Positions 52,433 to 64,000 of a DNA stretch of 64,000 nt are shown here, one piece after another. Within the stretch, counting starts at the first letter, position 1, and each line of letters opens with the position of its first letter. Below the pieces are notes generated by a model. The model made no database searches and was not told the DNA's origin. It worked only from the letters and a program-made list of their open reading frames with translations. Source of the DNA: Polymyxa betae A26-41 (lineage: Eukaryota > Protista > Endomyxa: Phytomyxea); contig RBZT01000546.1 of NCBI GenBank assembly GCA_003693705.1, forward strand, positions 228,927 to 292,926, read 5' to 3'. The position numbers and the translations under genes were made by a program.

Positions 52433-54089
52433 ATGACTGTAGTCATTACCTCTGATGCACCTCAGCTCCATGTAGTGCTTACGCTCTGAGTTCTGTGCTT
52501 TTGGAGAATTTATTTGCTTTAGGATAAACTCCATATTTTAAGAGAAGAGGCAGAACTGCTACGTAATCTTAGAGATCAGCTCACAGCGACAAATTCAACT
52601 TTGCAGTCTGAAAGGGATCAATTGCTTAATTTCAAAGAACAAAGCGAAATTCACCAGGCATCTTGCCATTACAAAATTCAGAAACTACAATTTGATCTTG
52701 CTCGTTTAGAAGCAGATGGACTATCATCGTCCATGATAGAAGATATTTCTGCATTCGACAATGAAATCCTTTTTTCAAACGAGTCTGTTTTATTGGTAGA
52801 TCTGATTTAACATTCGATGCGTTTGGCTTACGAATGTTTTTTTTAGAAAATGTATGAAATCAGTGAATTTGAACGCAAACAATGTCTCACAGTTGTTCGA
52901 CGTTTATCTACTGCCTTACGAGAATCGATTGAAAACTCAAAACACTTGCAATCGCAACTGCAAGACTTCCAAACAAAAACCAGAGCTACTGACCTCCAAA
53001 CTCGCCAACAGTGTGACAAATTGAACGCTGAAAAATCTAAAGTACCGCTTATCATGATCCTTACCATCGTCTGATTGGCTTTAGTTAAAAGATATGCTGA
53101 AAAGTGCCAAAGATGGTGTTCTTGAAGCGCAGTCACTTGATTCTCAAAGGAAAGAAAGGGTAAAGTGATCCCTTGAGTCAGAATTTTTGTTGCTAATGAC
53201 CCTTCAGATTTATGAACTTGAAACTGAATTAGAAATCTTGAAGCAACAGATCAATGAGTTCCATAAAGAGAAGGTAATGTTATTGAACTATATTCTTTGT
53301 TTTAACGGTTGGTAGCTGGATAAAGAAGTTCCTCAACTGAAGGATCAACTGGAAGAGTCGAGTCGAGAAAATAATGAGCTTAAGAAGCAATTAAGTCGCC
53401 TTCGTTCAGTTGAGCTCGGAAACACCAAACTGAAAGTGCCGAATGCTGAGACTTTTCATTCATTTTGTATTGATTTCGCTGTAGGAAAAAGTCAATAGAA
53501 TGAAATCCTCACATTCTCGGTCGATGGGTGAATCTATTGGCCGAATCAAATTGGCAATCAACAATTGTGATGAAATTCTGAAGAGAAAATCGACTCGGAA
53601 GCCAAACATCCAAGTCAGTTCAACTGTATATGATGAAAGGGAAGAATCTGCCGAAGAAATACCTGAAGAGTATCAATTGGAAACGTCTGAGAATTTCGAG
53701 GATTCTGAAAAGGCCTCAAAGAAAGATCCCAATTGGAGCGATTTGGAAGAGGTATGAATGGGTTGAAATCTGATCACTTGTATGAAGAGATTTTGTAGAA
53801 TGCTCGATGTAAGAAGGTTTCTAAGAAGCGGAAACGTCAAACTCAGAATGAAAATGTTGCTGCAGAGTCTGGCCTCAGTAATAATCTGAAATCCAGCCAA
53901 CCGAGGAAGCTCTTTGCCGATCGAGCTAAAAGCAAGATGTTCACCAATTCTCCTGGCCTGTCGTCTGTAGACAATCCATTCACTGATATGCTGCAATTTT
54001 CCGGTTCCGTTGCTTCAATCAAGGACAAGAATAAAAGGAGCAGAACCAGATGTGTTCAAAAGGTAGAGCTCTCTCAGCCAATGCAGTAA
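52433..54089 (+). CDS. Hypothetical coiled-coil protein with acidic then basic (NLS-like) tail
   Basis: Multi-exon; long heptad region, KKVSKKRKR and RKLF; stop at 54089. Confidence 0.65.
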
Positions 54090-54129
54090 ATACTAATTAT
54101 TTGATTTCCAAAATATATAATACCCGTTG

Positions 54130-56295
54130 TTATTGAATATGGTGATTGACGTGTTGATGATGGAGTCCATGTCTATAGATATGTCTCTTGATTATGTCTG
54201 TTTGATTAAGACGTTTGTCAGCATCTATAGTGTATAATAGGCGGTCACTGTCATCCATATAATTACTGCCTCTGTATCTCTTCTCCATCCTATCATCATT
54301 AAACATCTTATTCTCTTTCACTGCATATGACCAATCAGTGTTATTATCACATTGCCTCCTTTCTGCCCTCTCAAAATATTTCTTAGAGTCTGGCTTATCT
54401 AGGCCGTCTGTTGCTGTTTTTTTCTTTTCCGGATTTGCCAGTGGATATCCGGGCCTGAAGTGCAACTTTTGAGGGAAACTGTGATCTGTTTTAGAAGGCA
54501 ACGAACTATATGTCCTTGGTGGATCTCTATTCCCTTTACAAGCGTTATCAAACTTCGAGACATATTCTCGTTGGAGCAGTTCATCAGCGATGACAACTTC
54601 CTTACGAAGTCGAAGCAATACGTTGTCTAATTCAGACATGATTTGGCTTGCTGCATCGTGGACTGAGCTGTGAAACATCGGCTCCTCAGGGATCTCTTGA
54701 ATCTCTGCCTCAAATGCAGAATTTTTTATCCCCATCCAAGGCAGCTCCGAATAATCAAAAAAGAGACGATCCTCAAGAATGGAAGATGATTCTTGCTGAT
54801 GTCTGATGTTAGTATCAGATCTGATTGACATATTTGATATCGGATGCGCCAGTTGAGGATCTGTTTCTGTGGCTTGATGCCGAATTGCATTGCATTCAGG
54901 GATATCTGTCCCGATATTTTGGTTAACATATAATCTCGGTTTGGTATTAATCGATGCATTCTGGACAGTTATTGGGCTAGTGTTAGATGCAGCGTCGCGA
55001 ACTTGGACATCATCTCTAGTTCCTACTTGAATACCGATGACTGATTGAATTTCTTCTGACGTTAAACTAACGCTGATTCCAACATCTGTACAAGTAAAAC
55101 TTGCAAGCCCTTCTCCGCTACCCGAATCTCTTGTTTGAATTTCCAAATCGCCTTCCCCAACGCCGACGTCGATAGTTGGTGTTTTCGTTTGAATGAAGAG
55201 ATTAGCATCCCCAACACCGGTGTCGACAAATGAGGCTGATAGATTGTTGTTGCCTATGGGGGAATCGACAACATGAACGCCTTCAGTTTGAACAAAGATA
55301 TGCTCAAGATATTGCACAGCAAGTTCATGATCATGCTGCAGACCAATATCGACGGTAGCATTATAATCATGACCAATTGCAATATCTTTTGTAAAATGAT
55401 ACGAATGATCATCACCAACTCTGCATGATAATAGTTCGGGTTTTGCCTCAGTTCCGTTTCGATCACGATCAAGACGAGGTTCACCTTTCACTTCGGAAAA
55501 CATTGGATACGGTTCTTTAATTGCAATGTTGTCATGATCTCTATCTTGTTGAATACCAGCATATGATTGTGTATGTAGTTGATTTTGAGATAAACCCTCA
55601 TGACACTCACTGTCACCAATACTATCGTCTGAACACCTCTCTAATCGCTTACTTCGTTCGAAATTTGTCGTAATCAAACCTTGGTCAAAATATGAAATCA
55701 TATCGATATTATCATTTCCTTCATGGTTTGCAGAAATATCATCAAACCGTGCAATGTTCTCATTCAGATCAAAATCAACGACATCAAACTGAGGCAGATC
55801 AGGATCATGTTCGCCTTCTTTACCATGATCGTTGTTGTGGAACGAAACAGTTTTAGGAAGACTGAAATTGATTTCATGCTCAGAATGTAATGATGTTTGA
55901 TTCTCTTGAAGAGGCTCAGTCTCTGACAGGGGTTCTTCAACCTTTTTGATAAAATGTTGAGTCTGAAGGGAGGTAGATCTCATTGTAGATCGAAGATCTT
56001 GACGAAATTTTCTGATTCGTTCTAAAACATCATCGACAGGTATCAATTTGGCTTGCTGGTTGATTCGTATAGAATTTGTCCGATCATGAGGAAGTTTTTC
56101 GATTGTGACCTTGGATAAGTTTTCGCCTGGAATCTGTTTGGGCTGTAATCCAGTTCGATGACCCTTAACACTAAAATTATCCAATACTTGTTTCTTGGTC
56201 TTAATAGTACGATTTCTGCCGGGTTTTCTAGGTAGCATTATTAATGACATCGATTCATTCATTAGGTCATACGAGGAGTTTCGACTGTTGGTCAT
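54130..56295 (-). CDS. Intronless, largely disordered protein with tandem LC8-like short motifs
   Basis: 766-aa ORF with likely start at 56295 (MTNSRNSS). Repeated motifs include D-x-G-[VI]-G, VQTE and QATETD. Confidence 0.75.
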   Translation of the reverse strand: MTNSRNSSYDLMNESMSLIMLPRKPGRNRTIKTKKQVLDNFSVKGHRTGLQPKQIPGENLSKVTIEKLPHDRTNSIRINQQAKLIPVDDVLERIRKFRQDLRSTMRSTSLQTQHFIKKVEEPLSETEPLQENQTSLHSEHEINFSLPKTVSFHNNDHGKEGEHDPDLPQFDVVDFDLNENIARFDDISANHEGNDNIDMISYFDQGLITTNFERSKRLERCSDDSIGDSECHEGLSQNQLHTQSYAGIQQDRDHDNIAIKEPYPMFSEVKGEPRLDRDRNGTEAKPELLSCRVGDDHSYHFTKDIAIGHDYNATVDIGLQHDHELAVQYLEHIFVQTEGVHVVDSPIGNNNLSASFVDTGVGDANLFIQTKTPTIDVGVGEGDLEIQTRDSGSGEGLASFTCTDVGISVSLTSEEIQSVIGIQVGTRDDVQVRDAASNTSPITVQNASINTKPRLYVNQNIGTDIPECNAIRHQATETDPQLAHPISNMSIRSDTNIRHQQESSSILEDRLFFDYSELPWMGIKNSAFEAEIQEIPEEPMFHSSVHDAASQIMSELDNVLLRLRKEVVIADELLQREYVSKFDNACKGNRDPPRTYSSLPSKTDHSFPQKLHFRPGYPLANPEKKKTATDGLDKPDSKKYFERAERRQCDNNTDWSYAVKENKMFNDDRMEKRYRGSNYMDDSDRLLYTIDADKRLNQTDIIKRHIYRHGLHHQHVNHHIQ

Positions 56296-56598
56296 AGATG
56301 TAACATTACCATACCTGTTCTGATGCTGTTTATCATTAGCAACAATTATGACAGTTGTACATAGCTTTGAATGGCACAATGTATTAAACAGTCCAAATGT
56401 CATAAAGTTTCCAACATTGGTATCATGCAATTATAATAACACTATTAATACGATCAGGATCTGTATTCTGTAAGAGACATGTTTAAAGTTCGCAGTAAAG
56501 TGGCTGCGCTACCTGATACCTTCCCTATTCTGACTCTTTCTCTTCCTGATTGTATTTCTTTTACATCTATTCGACTTGCCAATTATATCCAGACCCAT

Positions 56599-59500
56599 AT
56601 GACTGATCCATATCAAGATAATTATCAGGATGCGTACAATTATGATCAGCAAGGGTATTATGATGAGAATGGGCAGTGGCATTACTACCAAGCCGAATCA
56701 TATGATCAATCATACCAGGACCAAGCATATTTAGATCCCAATTATTCAAACTATCCTAGCACCCAGCAGCAGCAACCTCAACAACAACAACAACAACAAC
56801 AACAACAGCAGCAGCAGCAACAATATAATCAGTTTGGATCTGCTCCTTCAAGCTATTCATCCCAGCCTGCAAATGACTGGAATCAATCAAATCAATATCC
56901 AACCCAATCAACTATTCAGGGAACAAAAAAGAAACCCTCGATCAATCCTCGACAAATTCCCCGTCATGTTCGTCGTCCTGCAAATGATACAGCAGCTGAT
57001 AATCGTAATATGCCAGTTTATTATACGAGCTCAGATGCACATCCACCATCACCATTGGATGATTGCAGAATTATGGATGACGGTAATCAATAGCGTCTTC
57101 TGCAATTCGTGTCACCTTAACAATTTATTAGGTAATGCTTCAAGTCGTTTTATTAGATTAACTGCATATCAAGTTCCTGCTTCTAGTGATATGGTAGAAA
57201 TTTCGCACTCGTTCGTCACGTTATTCTTAATTCAATCAGGTTGATGCCACTCGTCTATCTGTTGGTGCTATCATTACTCCTCTTGCTCTACCTGGTCCTG
57301 GTGAATATGCTGTCCCTGGTACATTATTTTCCAAACAGCTAGGCTACAAGTATTTAATGCTGTCTAGTTGTTGATATGGGGGAAGGAGGCCCTATACGCT
57401 GTACTCGATGTCAAGCCTATCTGAATTCATTTTGCACTTTTACAGATGATGGGCATAACTTTATTTGCAACTTTTGTGATATGAGTAGCCCTATACCTCA
57501 CTGGTATATCTGCAATGTTGATGGCAATGGTATACGATTGTTTTTTCAGTCAACTCACTGAGTGTTTTTCCTGTGTTTTATAGGTCAAAGAAGAGATCGC
57601 AATGAACGTCCTGAGCTGCATTTGGGCAGTGTTGAGTATGTTGCTCCTGCTGCATATATCTCTAGGTACTTTTGGTATCATCATTTTCGGTCAAGTCTAA
57701 TTTTCATCCCGGTTTTAGGCCCATCGAGGACCCTTGCTATCTGTTCGTACTCGATGTATCTTATGCGGCTCTTGCGACTGGTCTTCTTGAGACATCAATT
57801 CGAAGTTTAAGCTCCTGTATAAGCGTTTTGGCAGACTATCCTCGATGTCGCATTGGGATTATCACTTATAGTGATTCAGTGCATTTATATGAGCAAAAGG
57901 CAACTCAGCTTCTTCCTGCAACGTATTGTCACTTACTGCTCCTTTAGAAATTGTCCTCGGATCCATCCGTGATGGTCGTTGCCAGCCACAATGACGTCTT
58001 TCTTCCTTTACCAGCCGATCATATCTTCAAGCGACCTTCAAATCCTTCTGATCGTCAGACACTGGAATCTATTCTTTCCAAAATGTGATACCCTGAGTTG
58101 AAAATCTTATCTTATTTTTAAGTTTTTCTAGACCTGTATTACACGAATCCAACAGAGCTACCTCGATATCATTTGGTGCTGCTGTCCATGTAGCTGTAGA
58201 AGTATATAACCAAAAATATTCGGAAAATTTTCGATTCACTGCAACCTTAGGCGCTTAGCTCTACTGGAGGAAAGCTGCTCATTTTCCAGTCTGGTTTACC
58301 AAAAGCACAGCTTGGTGCTCTTGATGACCGTGACAATCCTTCTTTATACTCAACTCCAAAGGAGAAGGAGCTTTTCACTCCTCAAGATTCGTTTTATCAA
58401 GTCGAAGTATATTTATTTTTTATTATTAACTGCGAATTGAACTCTGTATGCAGGCTACTACGTGTGCAGAGCGATGTATCTCTGTGGATTTATTTGTTTG
58501 CTCGAATTCCTATGCTGACATAAGTACTGTTGGTGTCCTATCATCCACAACTGGAGGACAAATATGTTATTATCCAGGCAATGGCTTCTGATTTAACATA
58601 TTGATAGTGGCTGAACTTTGCTCTTAGATTTTCATAAAGTTAAGGATGCGTATTCTCTCGAGTCTGATGTTATTCAGACAATTTCTCGGGAAACTGGATT
58701 CGATGTTTGTGCATCGATCAATCATTCGACCATAATTTAAGTGTTTTACGTAGGCCATCATGGCTGTAAGGACATCAGCTGGTTTCAAGGTTGCCGATAC
58801 TTATGGTAACTTCTTTAGAAGACATTCTACTGAGATTGAACTTCCTGCTGTTGACGGTACTGTAAATTTTTTGGATTTCGTTTCATATCCATGTTCTCAT
58901 ATCTGCCCTAGCTGATAAGACGTTTGCAGTTCGGCTGGAACATGAGTCGACTCTTCCTGATAAGTCTTTTATATACATTCAAGCTGCCATGCTGTATACT
59001 ACTTTTAATGGGGATCGACGAATTCGTGTTCACACTCTTCGCGCTCTTGCTACAACTTCATTAGCAAATGTCTTCAGGCATGCTGACCTGTATTCTGTTG
59101 TCAATTTGTCCATGCGCCAAGTAATCTACTTGCTCGTATTCCTGTATTCATGAATTTTATATCTCTTAGGCCTCCCAGCAATGTATCGAGCAAGGCCCCT
59201 TATCGACCAGAAACTCATTAAGGCAAGCTGTAATTGATGTTCTTTACACATATCGGAAGGAGTGTGCTAGTGTATCTAGTTCTGGCCAATTGATACTACC
59301 TGAATCGCTCAAGCTTCTACCTTTATACACGCTGGGACTTATGAAGAGCCACATCCTTCACGAATGCATTCGGGCAGATCAGCGCGTTTATGCTTTGATT
59401 TCAGCCCAATCGTTGCCTCTGTCTCAGGCGCTGGCTTTCTGTCTGCCAAGTCTTTATGCAGTTCATACGTTTCCTGAGAATAATTTCTGTATTATGACAG

Positions 59501-60058
59501 AAGATCCCGCTGAGTTCCCCATACAGTTACCCGAGTATGAGCTCGTCTCTTTCGAGTTTATTGAATCATTTGGCATCTACGTTCTTGATACTGGATTCTG
59601 TATCTTCCTATACGTTGGTCCACAAGCCAGTTCAGAATTAGGTCTGTCATCTGTCTATTGCTGTAAATACGTTTTGATGGTGTATAGTGTTGGACTTGTT
59701 TGGAGTTGAGGATGTATCTATTTATGATCCCAATGAATTAGCATTATATCCAAATGATAACCCTACTAGCATAGGTAAAAGTAGTTCAAGTTGTTCTTAT
59801 ATGTAACCCTGACATGTTCAATTAGCAACTAGAGCGTATAATCTGATTGAACGACTTCGATATGGTCGCAGCTGCTATTGTCCAATTCGCATTGTACATG
59901 CTAGAAGCCCTTATATGGCCGAATTTAAAGAAAACCTGGTCGAAGGTGCCACGCTTCCTCCAGCTGGATCAAAAATGACCGATAATGATCCCGAATTGAT
60001 GTCTTATGTTGATTTCCTCTGTTTTGTACATCGAAAAATTCAGGATAAATTCGTGTGA
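56599..60058 (+). CDS. SEC24: COPII coat subunit Sec24 (Sec24C/D type)
   Basis: Q/Y-rich N-terminus, Zn finger GPIRCTRCQAYLN..CNFC, RPELHLGSVEYVAP, LFVLDVS, GQLILPESLKLLPLYTLGLMKS and SYVDFLCFVHRKIQ. Confidence 0.97.
56764..56823 (+). repeat. CAA/CAG polyglutamine tract within Sec24
   Basis: cagcagcagcaacctcaacaacaa...cagcaacaa is directly visible. Confidence 0.9.
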
Positions 60059-60152
60059 TTTACATAATGTCATAAATTTGCAGAATCAATTGGTAATGTA
60101 GATGATTGAGCGAACAAGAGAAATAATAATAATGACAGGGCATGAGTAACAT

Positions 60153-61620
<1,468 letters not shown>

Positions 61621-62239
61621 TGTTTTGTATAGAGAGAGAGATGAATCAGCGGTCTAAATTACAACACGGACTCCGCAACGCACTAAATAATCACAAGGAT
61701 TGTGTTAATATTTGAGTTATTTTTACCAGAATCCATGACTGCTCCGACTGGTTTGACTCCTCAGTCTGACTCACTGTTAAAAGATGCGGTTATTTTATCG
61801 ATCGGGTAAAATACTTTTACCCTAGCCAGACTGTGCAGAGAGCTTAGCAGGGCAGGATCGGACTGGACAAACTCAATTTCTATGAATTTTTTTTGTAGAG
61901 TTTAATGAAAACTGTGTCGGAAAACTGCGCCGCAATCTGATTGGTAGGGCCTCTTTCGTCATCTCTTGCGTTTCGAAAAAGGTCTCGGATCTCTTTCTGG
62001 CTTTTTCCGTGGGCTACCGGTACATGTTCCAATGTCAAGCTTGATCACCTTACCCAGTCAACGACTGCAGCTGTCACGGCCTCACGGGCGTTGTCATGTT
62101 CGTTCTAGGGGGCGTCATGGCTGTCGTTGAGGACGAAATTCATTGTGATGGTCGAAGCTGTCGCCAACCGCCCTCACAGAAGAATTCGACTGGGGTTTCA
62201 GTGTACGCGGTAGTTTGATTGCAGCATCTGACAATGGAT

Positions 62240-62960
62240 GGTTCACCAAATCTTTGCGATGCACGAAGCGCACTTTCGACGCTATTTCCAAAGTGGCTTA
62301 TTCTCCACGTTCAGCAGATCTAGCCACTCAGATTGCGCCACGGAGAAAGAGGTCGTGCAAAGAGATGGCCTTTTCGGACCACGCAAAATAAATCACGAAT
62401 TGGCTGTGGACTTTATTGAGTCCGTCCGAAAGCAATTGCCTTGGTTTCCAGAGTAGAGTTTATTAATTCTTAACATGGATCAGATCCTGTATTTTTCTCA
62501 ATGGAATCCCGCGATACATTGAATCGTATTGGAGCACGAACGGTTAACGTCAGCTCAAGCACAGACTTGACTTTACGCTTTACTGTTGGCGCTACAGTGA
62601 CAGCGAATGGCAACCTTCTTCCTCCAATGATGATTTTCAAAGGCAAATCTTCAGGTTCAATTGCTCGATCCTTGCCATTTGATGGCAGCTATTGTTACGA
62701 AAATTCAAGACCTGGGAATTCAGGTTGAGCATATACCAGAGGGGATGTACAGGGCTCGCACAGCCAATCGATGCAGGAATTGGCAAGCCGTTGAAGAGGC
62801 GAATGCGTCACCGATTTAAGGAATGGCTGGATACACAAGATCGTTTCGCAAAAATTAAGCCACCGTCAAGAGAGCTCTGGTCCGAATGGATTATTGCCTC
62901 ACTGAAAGAAATTAATAGTGAAACATCTCGTAATCATGGCGCCGTCAAGAGTTTAATTAC
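62240..62960 (+). pseudogene. Decayed pogo/Tigger-type DDE_1 transposase (Tc1/mariner superfamily)
   Basis: ILNMDQ, FTVGATVTANGNLLPPMMIFKGK and GCTGLAQPIDAGIGKPLK lie in different frames, separated by frameshifts, stops and an internal deletion. Confidence 0.8.
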
Positions 62961-64000
62961 ATCAACGATTAAACTGGCTCTGGTCCTTCGATTAGGGTTC
63001 CGATCGATACCGGTACTACCCGACTACCGACACTACCGGCCTAGGAATAGTGAGTGCTGGAAAATCTGCGTGGCGGACTTCGAATTCCTTCTTGTAATCT
63101 TGTTTCATACACGGAAGCGAAGGGCTGACGCTCCACTGTGCCCCGTAAATGCACCTTTCCTTTGCGCCAATCTAAGGATTGAAGTTTTCGATCCTGTCGT
63201 GAATGATTACGAGCCCATAGCGTTGAGTGAGAGCTTCGGCAGTAGCCTTGTGTCCAACGTATTATCACCTGATTCAGCATCTGGAACCAAGATTGACCCC
63301 CAATAATGCTGAATCAGTTCAACGGAAATTGTTCAACAGCCAGCCCTCTTTAAATAGGGCCCTTGTATGGGGATGGTACTTAAATATCACTAAATAAATC
63401 TCGCAGCGAGCCCTAAATAAGGGTGGTCAAAATGCGATTTCTTATAAAAAAGTTCGTGTTTTAATTGACTTTCTATTTTTAAAGGAAAAGGTTTTTGTTT
63501 TCAGTGATTTTATCGATGATCTAGCCTCGCACGTGATGAAAGCTATGCGTCAGATTCCAGTTTCAGAACAAGACAACATTGCTAAGTTAGTCTCCTTGCT
63601 TTTTGTTTAATTGGTGGATGGTAATATGAATGTGGTTGCAGAACGGGATGCCATGAATGAAGCATCGCAGATCAAGACCCCTCCTGTCACGCCATAAGGG
63701 GATCAGAAATCGGTTCGATCATTCTTCGAATGAGAACGCGCCTGCATTGTAACGGGATTTCTGATGCTGATACCTGTATCAATCTCAATAAGTGCGCGAC
63801 TGCGCTAAAAAGACTGTGGGCAGACTCTTGGACATTCCGTCGGAAGTGATCAGGTCCGGAAGTTGCGTCACGGACTGCGGAACTACCTTGGGCCCTGACT
63901 CCCTGAAATAATACACAATCGATTCTCAGCACTATCACAGACTCGTTTATTACTACGTAGTGAAGTGCTCTAAAGAATTCTTTAAGAGTTACATGGCGAA

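Noticed and set aside
62692-63306. 204-aa ORF as an intact gene
   Set aside because: Only the first part is transposase-derived; the rest looks like read-through into unrelated sequence.

Overview
Gene-dense eukaryotic nuclear DNA, not prokaryotic. It holds about 30 protein-coding genes split by very short spliceosomal introns (mostly ~44-60 nt, GT-AG, a few GC-AG), with intergenic gaps often <150 bp. The standard genetic code fits throughout. Flagellar/centriolar genes (SAS-6, SPATA17, ODA-docking-like, CFAP70-like) indicate a flagellated microbial eukaryote with a compact genome; a plasmodiophorid/Rhizarian is my guess, not established here. Housekeeping genes: a giant HERC/HECTD-like protein running off the left edge, ALG11, Uso1/p115, Rpn12, CSN3, GH38 alpha-mannosidase, ubinuclein, Oca4-like, PPCS, an SLC25 carrier, NF-YB, PP4R2, TMEM104, Sec24 and DHPS. 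A decayed pogo-type transposase lies at the right end. Main hunt results: (1) a miniaturised ~283-aa Mad1 that keeps the Mad2-binding motif but lacks the long N-terminal coil and the RLK motif; (2) a 67-aa Dad1 (Dam1/DASH complex) gene invisible to the ORF track, 3.4 kb from Mad1; (3) an RCC1-propeller fused to an ODAD3/CCDC151-like coil; (4) an Adc17/Tma17-like gene near a head-to-head Rpn12/CSN3 pair; (5) an EF-hand-like module fused to a carnitine/basic-amino-acid-type SLC25 carrier; (6) a protein with ~13 LC8-like motifs; (7) an intronless secreted effector candidate. All family calls come from manual splicing and remembered motifs; no database search was run.
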